Source: Octopus vulgaris (Eukaryota). From it: 64,000 nt of DNA. The DNA lies in NCBI GenBank assembly GCA_951406725.2, contig OX597819.1, forward strand, positions 100,688,001 to 100,752,000, read 5' to 3'. Position numbers and translations under genes: made by a program. The notes below the pieces were generated by a model that had not been told where the DNA came from, searched no databases, and saw only the letters and a program-made list of their open reading frames with translations. Positions 1 to 14,389 of this stretch are shown here, piece after piece (position 1 is the stretch's first letter; every line of letters starts with the position of its first letter).

Positions 1-660
1 CGGTGGTCGTCATAAGCTTTAAGCTTACCATTATTATAATTTACAGGATTGTAAAATACGGCAACGAATATGTATATATATGTATCTCTGGGTGTGTATG
101 CGTGTCTGTATTCTTATATATATAAACTGACACACACATAAATTTATACGCATGTTTTGCATTTATGTACTAATGTATGCATGTATACGCACGTCCATGT
201 TTGTACCTAAACATGTATGAATGTAGGTATACTTAACACGTTCATTAAAATAAACCTACCATTAGATCGAAACACTAAGACATTTGGTAGATCTCCAAAT
301 AATAAAAACAGAAATATAAGCCTTATGAATTCTTGATACATTATAGAAAATATATTCACATCATGAATATCAATAATGCCAAAAGAGAGTTGAAAAGCAA
401 ATTATTGTTAGGTAATAAAGATTATGAATAGTTTTTTCATAAAATCTATATCAATATATTTCTAGGCATGCAGCAGCAATCAGTCTACCACTACGTATTC
501 GTAGCGTTTTCTTTTATTTCGTACATATCATTCGCATTTATATTTGCTTGTCTGTAGATGTATATATGCATCGATACCCGATTGTCTCTTTATGTATCAA
601 CTGACATATCAAACGAAAGGTACAATCCAATCTTTTGTTTACAAATCGATATATTAATAA

Positions 661-880
<220 letters not shown>

Positions 881-1201
881 ATAAAGGCAGATGGATGAAT
901 GGATGGATAATATGATATCCCACTGGAACAAACACTTCTTGAACATCTCTTGAATATATTTTTCAGATCTGAAATGAATATATGTAAATGAAAACGAACA
1001 CTCATTTATAATAATGTATGCCTGTACACACACAGATCCACAGACACACACAAGCACATACACACACACAAACACAAACACACATACACTATAAATATGC
1101 AAATTCATATATATTCTCTTAAAACTAATGTAGTTATATAGAACGCACGTAAAAGTGTGAGCATTTACAAATATTACAGACATGTGTATGGCACTGGTTG
1201 G

Positions 1202-1247
<46 letters not shown>

Positions 1248-2005
1248 TCGTTAGTGTATCAAACAGTTCATACCTACTTTAGTATAAGTACATAAAACAA
1301 TGAAGCGTAGTAGGAGAATGATCAGGTTAAATGCGTTATAATTTACGTATTATATGCATTCACTGTGGGATTTTGTCTAACAGAAACCTTTCTCCAAACT
1401 CTTTGTGTTATAAGACATTTCACTGATCTCTATATATGACATCAACGATCTAACAAATACCGCCTTTGGAATGTTTTAACCTCCTCGAATGTAGACACTA
1501 CCATGGCAATTTAGAGTTAAGACAGAAAGCTTGCTTCTACATACAGAAGATGGCAAGCAATACTTTTATCTGTGAAGGCAGAGTCAAGCCAGGCTTCAAG
1601 TATTTTACTTGAAAAACTCGAAATAGCGAGTACCAAAATACAGATGAATATATTAACAATCGAATAGGTAACTACCAGTGAGGAAGCGAAACCATAACGA
1701 GGCAGTTTGCTGAAACTATTTGAGCGAAACGGAACAATATCTTTTAACATAAATTGTCCCGTGAGAGAAATTTTTCTCTGGAACAAACTACCGTAGCAAA
1801 AAGCTTTTTAGGTTCTTGAGAACATGGTAAAAATAAGTGAGGAAATTGTATTCCTGGGTGGGGATATGGTTGCTTAAAGTGACGAGACACTTGACTGCAC
1901 ATGACGTCGTTTTCAATGTCAATGTTTTTGGATTCAGTATGTTTCTTATAGAAGATGCGTGGTTAAAGGATGCACAGAATAGGTTATGCATATTTGTATG
2001 TATGC

Positions 2006-2073
<68 letters not shown>

Positions 2074-2158
2074 ATGTATATATGCATATATATAAATACA
2101 TATATACACATGCATACATATATATACATGCATACACACACACGTGCACACACACACG

Positions 2159-2198
<40 letters not shown>

Positions 2199-2686
2199 TA
2201 TACATTGAGAGTCGAGCATATTTCTGTATGCCCTCACGTGTAAATGGCATTTTCCCTTTTTGTTTGTGAAGCCTGCCAGTTAGCCATTGATTCAAGTTTC
2301 TTCGCTTCACTCGATTTTTTTTTAAGGGAAAAGCAATCTTGTTGGTTCCGATTCACCTGGGAGTCAGTTTCGTCACAAGTGCAGCAAAAGGTTTGGAACA
2401 GAAATGACAGGGAATTTCGTACCACCCACTGAATGTTCTGTCAATCCACCATTCTGGGTTCGTTCTCTTTTTCTACCAAGATAAAATAAATACAAATATT
2501 CACTTCAGCAAGATTTGAGTTTAGAACGCAGAATGTCAGAAAAACATAATGCTAAGAATTCTATCCGTTTCTAGTTCCAACAGCTCATGCTATAGGCCTT
2601 GTATTTGCATACATGCACACACACACATACACTCACACATATATGTGTGTGCCTATATATGTACTCACATTTATCTCTATATATAA

Positions 2687-2746
<60 letters not shown>

Positions 2747-3111
2747 TAAATATACTTGTATGTGTACATAGTTGCACACTACCCCTATACATATGTTGGT
2801 GTAATTGCATTTGTGTCCATATGGTTAACGGGCTTTGTGTTCATACAAAGAAACCTCGTTTGCGAATCGAACATTTAAAGTACCTGGATATCTCTGTGCA
2901 TATCTATAACAGGTTGGATCGTTAGAGCATCGGCTATAATGTTTAGTGGTATTCCTTCTGTATTTTTTTTTTTCTTGGCATTCAGAGTTTATATATATTT
3001 TAGTTTTTACTGTTATTCCTTCTGGATCGATTAGTAGAATACTAGTCATATGCTTGGGTCGATGACATCGACTAACTCTGTTTTATAAAAAGGAGTTTAT
3101 CTGGCTCAATC

Positions 3112-3302
3112 TTTAGCACACCGTGTAAAATGCTTAGCAGCACCCTGTCCGTCCTTATGCTCCGAGTCCAGATTCCGACAAGGTCGATTTCACCTTCATT
3201 CTTTCGTGGTCGATAAAATAAGTCTCAGTCATGTCTCGGAGTCGATGTAATCAATTAGTCCCCACTTTTAAAATTTCAGTCCTTCTACCTATCATAGAGA
3301 GG
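3112..3302 (+). mobile_element. Decayed tRNA-derived SINE, family A
   Basis: Diverged match to 55991-56219: ttagcacaccgtgtaaaatgcttagc ... ggtcgatttcaccttcattctttcgtggtcgataaaataag. Confidence 0.75.
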
Positions 3303-3450
3303 ATCACCTATACTACAGCTGTTGCGGCTTCTACTGCTGTTGCTATTATTTGCTACTGGCATTGTTTAGACACCCTGTAGTACAGGGCAGAGAAGTGATA
3401 GCAGTAACTGGAAGAGATTTTTGATTTAGCTTTTACTATCGAAGACTATT

Positions 3451-3756
3451 GGTGGAGGCACATGGCCTGGTGGCTATAGCAGCGGACTTGCGGTCGAGGG
3501 ATCGTGGGTTCGAATCTCAGACCGGGCGATGTGTGTGTTTATGAGCGAAACACCTAAGCTCCACGCGGCTCCGGCAGAAGGTAATGGCGAACCACTGCTG
3601 ACTCTTTCGCCACAACTATCTCTCACTCTTTCCTCCTGCATCGTGCAGCTCACCTGCGACGAACTAGCATCCCGTCCAGGTGGGGAATCTATACGCTAAG
3701 GAAACCGAGAGACTGGCCCTAATGAGCCAGGCATGGCTCGAGAAGGAACAAACAAC
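3451..3756 (+). mobile_element. tRNA-derived SINE, family C, with target-site duplication
   Basis: A-box (tggcctggtgg) and B-box (ggttcgaatc). Close paralogue at 53368-53677. Flanked by atcgaagactatt (3438-3450) and atcaaagactatt (3757-3769). Confidence 0.9.
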
Positions 3757-4162
3757 ATCAAAGACTATTAACGGATGTTTTGGAATGTTTACCCAGTAAC
3801 ACTGGCTTTCGATGGCAATGTCGGACTGTTTAAAAAATATACATTCTCAGTTTTGTTTCTGTTGTTTAACTACTAGTCAAAACGCGAGCCTGGTTTTACA
3901 GAACCCACTTGTAAAAGAAATTACATGGGACAAATCAATATTTCTCTGTGCAAATAAATTAAAAACCAAAAGTTATTAATAAACAAACTGAAAATGAGTG
4001 GCTGGAAATGAAGGAAGTAAAAAAAAGGAAGGCATTTTACAAAAGAAAAACTGAGGTTGACAATCAATACATTTAACAACAACAAAGACACCAACAATAA
4101 GGACTGTATGCAAAACATGGAGGCAGAATTCGTAAGCGTCTTTTCGAACAAAAGATTTCTAT

Positions 4163-4271
4163 ATGATGATGATGATGATGATGATAAATATGATGACGAT
4201 GATAATGTCGACTACGAAGACGGCAACGACGATGAGTATAATGATGGTGTTGTTATTATTGTTGTTGTTGT

Positions 4272-4312
<41 letters not shown>

Positions 4313-4328
4313 TTGATGATGATGATGC
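4163..4328. repeat. (GAT)n/(GTT)n trinucleotide tract
   Basis: Direct reading. Confidence 0.9.
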
Positions 4329-5778
4329 CGGTGATGCTCGATTTGTAGTAAGAATTTCTCTTCCTTATAATGTCAAGTTCAAATCTTTTCAATAAGCTAG
4401 ATTATTGAAGTTCACATCAGTAATATATTTCGGTGAATATTATCGATCTGCAGTAGCGCTACAAGACACTTTTCTTCTTTTCGTGATTGCTAAATATAAA
4501 TAAATTATACGACTATAAGATCATAAGGATTTGGTAAAGAGCTAATAAAATGATATATAGTTTCCCAGTTCTGTACTTTACAGCTCTTTGCTGATATTCC
4601 TTGACGTTAATAAAAGAAGCGCTATTAATATAATGATACTGATATAATCTGCTCTAACCCTGTCACATTAAAAATAAAAACCTCTTAGGCTTCAAATGAA
4701 ATTCATTAAATACATTCTTCTGAGATAGCCGTATTTCTTCAAACCAAAAACGAAGAATTATTTTTAAATTAAGCATAGATCTGCTATCCATAGATTGAAT
4801 CCATTTATCTAATAGTGAAACTTATCTCTGTTGATCACCGAACGTTAGGAAGCTGTTTATAATGTGTGGCCACAAGTGGATGGGCAAATATTGAACGAGA
4901 GGCCGAAGTAAAAATGAGAAATTAGAAATCTCATTGAACCAGTGTAACGGTGAGAGGAAATATTAGCCATTAACCTTAACTAATTAGAAGTGATTCCAAA
5001 TAAAAGACACACAGCCATTAATCCTAATTACCAATTTGGGAATCGTTCCTATAAAGCAAAACACTGGCATAGGTCGAAAGCTAGAATGCAATTAGCCGGG
5101 GGACTTAATTAGGATAATGTTTCGTTAGTACTAGTAAAAGTCTGTGCTTTGTTATGAAGAACCTAATCGAGAAGGGTCATTTTGTGATTAGATTTCGCCT
5201 TAGGTAGACATTCTTGCTAATAGTTCTGAAATATCTGACTGTCGTTAGAACATTCTAGGAATTTGCTTTAAATCAGCTCGCAATTTTAAATTGTGTCTGA
5301 CAGAATTCTAACGGGTATCTAAGTGTTATATTAATGGATAATTGTTAGGTATTGTGATGTGCACAAGGTCGACTTACCCGTACTTCGTAATTAATGATGG
5401 GCATAATAAATAAATTAACAGTAGCTTTTATTGATAAACGGCCAGACGTGATAAAGCATTGGAAGCAGGCCAACTTTAATTCAACTCCCAGTAGTAGCAC
5501 GAAGCGTAAATTTTGAAATGAAACTTTTACTGGAAATTACGAGAAAATTATAAAATATATTAAGAAAAACTAGAACCATGTTCCAGTGCATGTATCACTT
5601 GATATTTATCTTCAAGTGTGATCATGATTGATGTATTTATTAATCTATGGAATACGTTTTCTTCATATAAATCATTCATGCTTTAGATTCCTTGCGATAA
5701 TAGTTTAATAACATCGAGAGCAACGTCATAAGTAAAAGGAAATTTAAATAATTTACAGTGTAAACTAAAAGATAAATA

Positions 5779-5959
5779 TTGGTTTCAAATTTTATCACAA
5801 GGCCAGCAATTACATCAACTCCAATACTCGGTTGGCACTTACTTTATCGAGCCCTGAAAGGATGAAAGGTCAGTTCGACCCCGGCGAATTTTGAAGAACA
5901 GGCGAAATGCCACAAAGCATTTTGCCCGGCTACTAATGGTTCTGCCAAGTCACCGTCTT
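5779..5959 (-). mobile_element. Decayed SINE, family A
   Basis: gaaaggatgaaagg...gcattttgcccggc...ctgccaagtcaccgtctt is the reverse complement of the family A head and central domain. Confidence 0.8.
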
Positions 5960-6339
5960 TCGGTATTTCATGATAATCTTATCTCTGATATGGCGGATTC
6001 TATGACTAGACAAGTTTCGTTATTATGGTACTGTAACAGAAAGGCTGGTTTTTCAAGCAGTGTCAAAATATAGACAAACGCGCACTAAACCACACGCACG
6101 GCAATAAATCAAACACACACACACACACACACACATTCACATACATTTACACACTCGAGCGCACACAGATACACGGACACATACCAATATGCACATCCAT
6201 ATATGTAATATGTATTTACATATATGATATATAGGTAGGTAGAGAGAAAATAAATTGATAAGTGCATATATACATTTATGTATTTATATAAATGTATATA
6301 TGCACCTGACTATCTATCTACTTACCTACCTATACATAA

Positions 6340-6377
<38 letters not shown>

Positions 6378-6646
6378 TATTAGCCGGTGTTTTCAAAGCG
6401 GTGAATTGATTTGCCGAAAGCATGGTTCGCTTTGTTCTCTTACTTTATTATCATCGTATAATCATCTCATAATAATGGCTTTTATGACTCTTATTACTAC
6501 CTCAGTCAATCTAAATATATATATTTGTTGTTACCTGTCATGAAAAGAATTTTTTTTTTATTTGCAATGTGCATATTCGTAGATTTTTCATATTTTACCC
6601 TTACATTTCCACGTGTATTTTATATTTTCTTTTTGTAACATATTTC

Positions 6647-6702
<56 letters not shown>

Positions 6703-6789
6703 AAAGGGCATATGGACTTTTTCTCTTATGAGGTTCTTCACGCTAACTACTTGATAAATTCTTATGAAGATTTTATCCTATTTTTAAAT

Positions 6790-6824
<35 letters not shown>

Positions 6825-6857
6825 GAATATTATCGATCTGCAGTAGCGCTACATATA

Positions 6858-7390
6858 CAGGGTGAAGGAGAGAAGACGGACGTTTTTGGAAAGGCTATTA
6901 CTCAGCCGCAGGGGGCGATTCATATCTACAATCGCTAACTTTCGATCCGTGGTGTCTTAGCATTTTGTTTTTCTTTCCAGGTGAAGGCATTGCGCTGGAC
7001 CCGGGAGAGCATCGCGTGTTTGCCTTACAACATTTACGCGTCAGCTTTGGTAGTGAGTCCTAATCAATGTGCTCGGCGGCATTTCACTGAATTTGGCGTC
7101 CGTAATCGAATTATAAAGCGTATCTTGCATGAAAATCTGCATGCCCACCCGTGCAAATTGGTCATTGGACAACAGTTGAGACCATGGGTTCTAAGCACAC
7201 TGCAATGCTGGAGACAGTGGAGGGTAACTTCCAAGAATGCCTTCAGAAATGCGTCAGTGAAAACGGACACTATATGTCGTCTGTTGTTTTCTATACTTGA
7301 TTTTGACAATGCTAATTTAATACAAACACATTGATGTCAATATAATTTATTTCCTGCTATAATTAATGATTTCGTGAATTTTTCAGACAC
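6858..7390 (+). mobile_element. Internally deleted Tc1/mariner-superfamily DNA transposon
   Basis: TA followed by left TIR cagggtgaaggagagaagacggacgtttttg. Remnant peptide SPNQCARRHFTEFGVRNRIIKRILHENLHAHPCKLVIGQQL resembles the SPxxSxRxxA..ILH..L..HPYK HTH region. The 3' part is homologous to 14580-14745. Confidence 0.8.
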
Positions 7391-7509
7391 CGATATATAT
7401 GCAAACACGCATATACATACATACATACATACATACTTGCATGCATGCATGCATGCATGCATACATACATACATACATACATACATACATACATACATAC
7501 ATACATACA

Positions 7510-7542
<33 letters not shown>

Positions 7543-7574
7543 TATATGTTCATTTATTCTTTTATTATTTATTT

Positions 7575-7915
7575 TACTCTTTCACTTGTTTCAGACATTT
7601 GACTGCAGCCATGCTGGTCCACCACCTTTAGTCGCTCAAATATACCCCACGACTTATTCTTTGTAAGCTTAGTACATATTTTATCGGTCTCTTTTGCCGA
7701 AGCTCTAAGTGACGGAGTCGCAAACACACAAGCATAGGTTGTCAAGCGATGATAGGGAGGACAAACAGAGACAGACAAACGCGCGCACGCACACATACAA
7801 CGGGATTCTTTCAGTTGTTTCTGTCTACCAAATCCACTCACAAGGCTTTGATCCTCTCATGGCTATAGAGAAGACACGCAATGGGACTGAACCCGGAATC
7901 ATTTGGTTGGTAAGC
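7575..7915 (-). mobile_element. SINE family B (CORE-like), decayed
   Basis: Reverse complement of 43940-44350 (ccaaatccactcacaaggcttt, gggactgaacccgg). Confidence 0.85.
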
Positions 7916-8049
7916 ACATGAGAGCATGTGTATATGTTTGTGCATATGTGTATAAATATATATATATATGATATATGTATAAATGTATATATAATACATA
8001 TCAATGTGTGTATATATGTATATATATATATACATATATATATACGTAC

Positions 8050-8284
8050 CACCACTTTATTATCTTCCCTTCTTCCTAAATCTCCTGTGTGACCCCTCTG
8101 TTCGGCATTCGCCATGATAGATCGCTAGCCACTAAACATTCTTTATGTTCTCTCCTTGTTTCTGTGGAAGAGCGTAGGCTCGAAGCATTAAAATTTGTTT
8201 CCCTTCCAGAGAGTTAAACTAATGTATCTGTTTGTTGTCTACAGCACCTGTCTTCGTCGTTTGTTTTGTTTGTGAATTCTTCCC

Positions 8285-8287
<3 letters not shown>
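8050..8287 (+). mobile_element. Probable Penelope-like terminal remnant in a (TA)n tract with a decayed HHR-like motif
   Basis: Unique island between TA runs. Contains ctgtggaa-GAGC-gtag-GCTC-gaag at 8162-8185. Confidence 0.4.
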
Positions 8288-8324
<37 letters not shown>

Positions 8325-9424
8325 TTACATATTTACATATATATACATATTAATGTATATATAGATGCATATATCTATCTCTCTATCTATCTATCTATAT
8401 ATACATATATATATATGCATATATGTATTTATATATACATATATATATATAAAGATAGATAGATGAATAAATATATATATATATATACAAATATATGTGT
8501 AAATATGAATATCTAAATGCATATGTGAGCATGCATACATGTTTGTGTGCATATGTGTATAAATGTATGTATAATATATATCTATGTATACGTACACAAA
8601 CATATACTACGTACTATCTCTCTCTATATACATACATATGTATATTTATATTTATATTGATATATATTTATATACACACGTACGTACGTACGAACACACA
8701 CATTTGTATTATACATGCACATTTATACATGTTTATGTAGAGAAGATAGTTATACAGACAATCATATTGGTATATCTACATCGATTAATAAACACCCTGG
8801 CATATTATCGACACTTACATGTAGGAAATTATGCGCAAAAACACACGGTCAGACGCATGAAGACACATACATACCATAATATCTTGATAGTACTTTTTGA
8901 ACAAACCTTACAAAGCCGCAAGCAGGTTTCTGTGAGAGAGGATGGCTGATAGCATCAAACTGAATGGCTGCATATAAAATGGCCGCTTCAATAATAGGAC
9001 GATCGAGTTGAAAAGCCACAATAATGTTTCCTGGCGCTGCTATATGGAAATCTGTCTAAAGCTTTACTGACTTTTGAATTTCGCTGTTTGTAATGATATC
9101 ATTCCATTTCACTGGAAACTACCACGGACTTTTTGAGAAGGCTGAGCACAGAATTAACTGTAGATAATTATTCATGTGTTAGGTGTACGGCGGGATGTGT
9201 GTATTTCTGTACGAAGTGTGAGCGTGCATGAGTGTGTCAGTATGATTTCAATTGTATTCAGTGCTTGTGACTTTGTGCATATTTATGGCTGTATATGTGT
9301 TTGTGTATGTGTGCAATTGTAGCCATGTGTATGTATCTGTATACGTGTTTATGCTTTTCTATACGTATATAATTCTTTGATAATATGGAAGCATACTTGT
9401 GTATATATCGTTATGTACACATGA

Positions 9425-9467
<43 letters not shown>

Positions 9468-9667
9468 TATGTGTGTGTATATACATATACACGTGCATAT
9501 ACACTCATATATATATAAATACATGCGTATATCATTGCCTATGTAAGCATGGTAGTATATATTTGCATCTATATATAAATGTATATATGTATATATATAT
9601 GTGTGTGTGTGTGTGTGCATGTATGTATATGTATAGTTATATATGTATACATTTGTGTGTGTATATG

Positions 9668-9701
<34 letters not shown>

Positions 9702-10150
9702 AATATACATTTGCTATATCACTTAATATGTATGTTGAATTGTGTATGCATATATATACATACACATACATATACAAACTAGCAGATTCATATACACGCA
9801 ACCTTATATAAATCTTAAGTGCGTATGTATTCTATTCATTTGTGTCCACTTTCATGTATAGATGTGTTATTGCATATCTTAAAGCCTTCAAGTGTGTATC
9901 TCAATATAGCTATACGTACAGAAGTGGCCACCGAGCACATGCATCCGAACAAAGTAATACATTTTCATATACACACTCCATCATTGCCCTCATAGAATCG
10001 ATTAGATATGCATAAATACATTCATACATATATACTTATATACATGCATATATAGATTATATATACATAGAAACATACATAAATATATATACGCACACAT
10101 AAGTAGACTTACATGTACATGAAAATATATTTTGAGGTAAACATAAATGG

Positions 10151-10197
<47 letters not shown>

Positions 10198-10269
10198 TGC
10201 AGATACGTACATGTACATATACGTGAAAATATATTTTGATGCAAACAAACATAAGTGTGTATATACATA

Positions 10270-10339
<70 letters not shown>

Positions 10340-10611
10340 TCCATCTATTTATGCATATATATATATATATACATATTCGTACATATATGTTTAAAAAGAG
10401 AGATTGAGTGATATATAGATAAAAATTAATACACACGTAAATATCTTTGCTTATACTAATATATTTATACACACACATATGAATGTATATATACATATTC
10501 ACATGCATGTTTATACGTACATATATGCACTTGTATTTGTCTGTGTATGTATATAAGTATAGTTGTAGAAATGCAAACACACACACGCGCACACACACAC
10601 ACACACATACG

Positions 10612-10665
<54 letters not shown>

Positions 10666-11107
10666 TCTCTCATATGTTCATAGATACTTCCGCACCCAAA
10701 CATAAGCACACGTATATAAAAAATTAAACAACACATGAATCAAGGCCATATACACACTGTTACACATAAACAAGAACAAACTCTTACATTAATAGGTTTG
10801 AATATATTTCAAAGAATAAGTGCCGAATAAGAGCAGACATTGAGGTGTGTAATGGAAGAGGAAGTAAAAAATGTATTCTGTGAGAAATGGCAATGCCTGA
10901 ATTTAGGTTTGCAGCTATTAAATGGCCGTGATCTATAGGTCGCTGCACTGACCTTCCTATTCAGACTTTCCATTGTGGGTTTCATGTTAGATTCCAAGTA
11001 GAATGCTGAAAGTTGCCTTTCAGACAGGCACGATTTGTTGACGGATTGATCTCTTCAAAGAATACATTTAAAGTCATGCATACATATATTGATACTTACA
11101 ACAAACG

Positions 11108-11159
<52 letters not shown>

Positions 11160-11347
11160 CACACACACAAACGTACACCCATACAAACACACACACACTC
11201 ATACACATAACTATATATAAATGGACATGTACAAATATAAAAATATACATATTTGAATATATTTGTACGTGTGTGAATGTGTGTATATATATATATGTAT
11301 ACATTCATATACATATATATGTATATGCATATCTATATTTATATATG

Positions 11348-11393
<46 letters not shown>

Positions 11394-13048
11394 CATATAT
11401 ATATATATAGATAAAAACATACACACACATACATATATATATACTGGCATCCTAATATACATATATGTGTGGGGTGTGTAGTGTGGCGTTGTTTTGTGTT
11501 GTTGTTTATATGGTTATATGGAAATACTGATAAAAGACAACTAGCTATATTTTTCTGCTACACATAAGCACACACTCACACGTACACGCAAGCACAAACA
11601 CACGCACACACACACACACATAGACACACGCATACACACACACAATACTTTTTTTTATATATATATGTGATCATTAACTTTGTTCGTATAAATATTTTTA
11701 TGTGTCTGTTTGTGTGTGTATGTGTGCGTATGTATGAAATGAGAAAAATCTTAATATACTCTACTGGTATAAAATATGGGAATTAAAATCATGTCAAGCC
11801 AGAGATAGAATATATATTATCTGAAAGTTAGATATAGTTGGGTTTTATTCGAAAACCATTAGATGACCTGCGGATATTACGGTTAACCTCACCCTATGTG
11901 TTACAATGATAGTCATAGAGATGTTGAGAGTTAAATACAAGTTGCGAAATATTGTGCTGTATTATAAATCAGAATCGTGATTTATGCCTTTAATGTATGA
12001 AATGATAAATAATTATTTCTAACCCTATTAGAAATTAAACAAAAAAATTCCTCGTAAAACAATCGTTATATGAAGGTAAATGATGTCACGTGACTGGGAC
12101 GTGAATTAGTGTTTCATGTTAGAAATATTTTAGATCTGATTCTGAATCAGATGTCACAGTTGGAAGACGTTCGGCAAAATTTCTATGAGTTTGGACCTTG
12201 CTTCGTAGAAGAATATTTCCATTGAACTACAGATGTTGGTGACATCGTTATCAACCGAAAACCCAGCATTATTTTTTAAGCATCAATACACGCGTGCTGT
12301 TTAGTGGATGGCCGTATCTCTGAGCATTTCGCTTTATTGTTTTATCATAATTATGTTTTATACTTGACTTAAATTTTACTTAATTTCTCTACTAATATAT
12401 GTATAATTATTCATGTACTGTATTGATGGAATATAATGTATACCGGGTTTAAGGATAGTCGAGAAATATGGTTGAATATTGAGCTATAAAGGACCAAATT
12501 TGTACCAGTACTTTTTGCACTGAAATTATAAAAGGAGAGATGGCAAATACTTTATAAGAAGGAAGCAATTGAAGTGAAATATTATAATCGTCAACAATAA
12601 TTTACTATAAAAATTCTTTCACCTTTATGAATACATTTTATCACAAATTAGATATTTGTTTCACTCTTACTAACAAAGATATGACCAGTTCAAATGAAAC
12701 ATTCCCAGTGAAAAAGATTTAAATGTTACTGAAAGCGCTCAAACTAGATGGTGTATGATATTTCTCCTCGTTCTTATTTCTCATAATTTTTATGTCTATT
12801 GCTATGATTTCAGTTCACTCTGGATATAAATCCAATTTATATCAAGAGAACTATATGGCTGTAATTTGTTGTTCGTGATCTTACGAAGCAGAACCTCCAT
12901 CGCTAGCTCATGAATTCATTAGATTAAATGTAATTTGAACAGTACAAGGTCAATCGTTAAAATGGCCAAACTAGCTAATGTTTTTTCACTGTCATTTTCC
13001 GAAGTTCCTGTGGCTCACTGAAATTTAAATTTTCTAGATGATACTTAA

Positions 13049-13415
13049 CCCTTTGTGCCCGTAACACCGATTTACAGGTGGATGGCTTATTTTTCTCTCT
13101 ACCGTAGCACTGCCCCATACTTATTTCTTTATTACCCACAAGGGGCTAAACACAGAGGGGACAAACCAAGACAGACAAACGGATTACATCTACTCCAGTG
13201 CGTAACTGTACTTAATTTATCGACCCCGAAAGGATGAAAGGCAAAGTCGACCTCGGCGGAATTTGAACTCAGAATGTAACGGCAGACGAAATATCGCTAA
13301 GCATTTCGCCTGCCGTGCTAATATTTCTGCCAGCTCACCACTGCTCTATACCATAGCATCGGTGGAGTACGAGGTATATGGTGAAATAAGGTTCAGGAGG
13401 ATAGTGCTGAAAGGG
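13049..13415. mobile_element. piggyBac-type MITE (TTAA target duplication) carrying a nested SINE
   Basis: TTAA|cccttt at 13045-13054 and aaaggg|TTAA at 13410-13419. Confidence 0.6.
13118..13341 (-). mobile_element. SINE family A nested in the MITE
   Basis: High similarity to the reverse complement of 55991-56219. Flanked by ctctctaccgtagca (13095-13109) and ctctataccatagca (13344-13358). Confidence 0.92.
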
Positions 13416-13489
13416 TTAAATTACGATTCTGTTACTTTTTACACAGCTTTGAAGGGTTCAATCGAAGGAATTGCCTCCAATGATTCGTT

Positions 13490-13600
13490 TTAAACCTGGT
13501 CATTATGATATCAGACTCTTTTAGCAGAAACGCTAAGATACAGGACTTAAATACACTAGCACCATTTGTCAAGCAGTGGAGGGGGACAAGGACACACGCG
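13490..13600 (-). mobile_element. SINE family B, 3' fragment
   Basis: tcttttagcagaaacgctaag...ttgtcaagcagtggagggggacaa matches the family B body. Confidence 0.6.
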
Positions 13601-13622
13601 CGCGTATATATATATATATATA

Positions 13623-13935
13623 ACAGTGGCTATGTCGGTTATGACGACGAGTGTTTCAATTGATCTGATTAGCGGAACAGCCAGTGCGTGAAATTAACGT
13701 CCAGGTGACTGAACACTCCACAAACACGCCTACCATTTACATTGTACTCAGGTAGATTCAACACAGAATGGGAAAAGGCTGATCCTTTGAGCTACAGATA
13801 CGATTCAATTTTGCCAGCTGAGTACATTGGCGGAACGTGAAATATGTGAGTTGCTCGTGGACTCAACGCAACGGTAGGAATCAAAGAAACGACCATACGA
13901 TCGAAAGTCATTATATCCTAACGACTAAGCCACAC
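13623..13935 (-). mobile_element. SINE family D, decayed
   Basis: Homologous in reverse to 56761-57062 (tactcagctggcaaaa, taatttcacg, ctgttccg). Confidence 0.7.
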
Positions 13936-13996
13936 AAATATAGGATGGGATTCTCTCAGTTTCCGCTTTTCAAATCCACTTATAGACCGTTCTATA

Positions 13997-14145
13997 TTTA
14001 AGAGATGAGGAATTATGTACATTAAATACATTATTTACATTTGACGGATATTTGTCCCCATCTTTTTTGTTGTTAACACAACGTTTCGGTTGATATACCC
14101 TCCAGACTTCATTAGGTGTTGTGGGGAAACTTCTCATTCTTACGT
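13997..14145 (-). mobile_element. Penelope-like terminal repeat remnant with a minimal hammerhead
   Basis: Minus strand 14119->14076 reads ACAC-CTAATGA-A-GTCTG..CAACC-GAAA-CG-TT-GTGT. Confidence 0.65.
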
Positions 14146-14253
14146 TATGTTGTTGTTGTTGTTGTTGTTGTTGTTGTGGTTGTTATCATCATCATCATCA
14201 TCATCATCATCATTAATATTATCATCATCATCATCATCATCATCATTATTATA

Positions 14254-14305
<52 letters not shown>

Positions 14306-14306
<1 letters not shown>

Positions 14307-14364
14307 TGGTCAATGCCTGGACTCGAACTCGGAATCTTGGGCTTAGTAGCCTGCGCTCTTAACC
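14306..14364 (-). mobile_element. Very short tRNA-like SINE head with (TAA)n tail
   Basis: Minus strand ggttaagagcgcaggctactaagcccaagattccgagttcgagtccaggc has A-box-like and B-box motifs and runs straight into (TAA)n. Confidence 0.6.
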
Positions 14365-14389
14365 GTATGAGGTATACTAATGAATAGGA

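Noticed and set aside
1187-1198. tatggcactggt resembling miR-183/263
   Set aside because: The match stops after about 12 nt and there is no precursor hairpin.
3451-3530. tRNA gene calls for SINE heads (also 53368, 55991, 61580)
   Set aside because: A and B boxes are present but continue into multicopy SINE bodies, some with TSDs. There is no complete cloverleaf.
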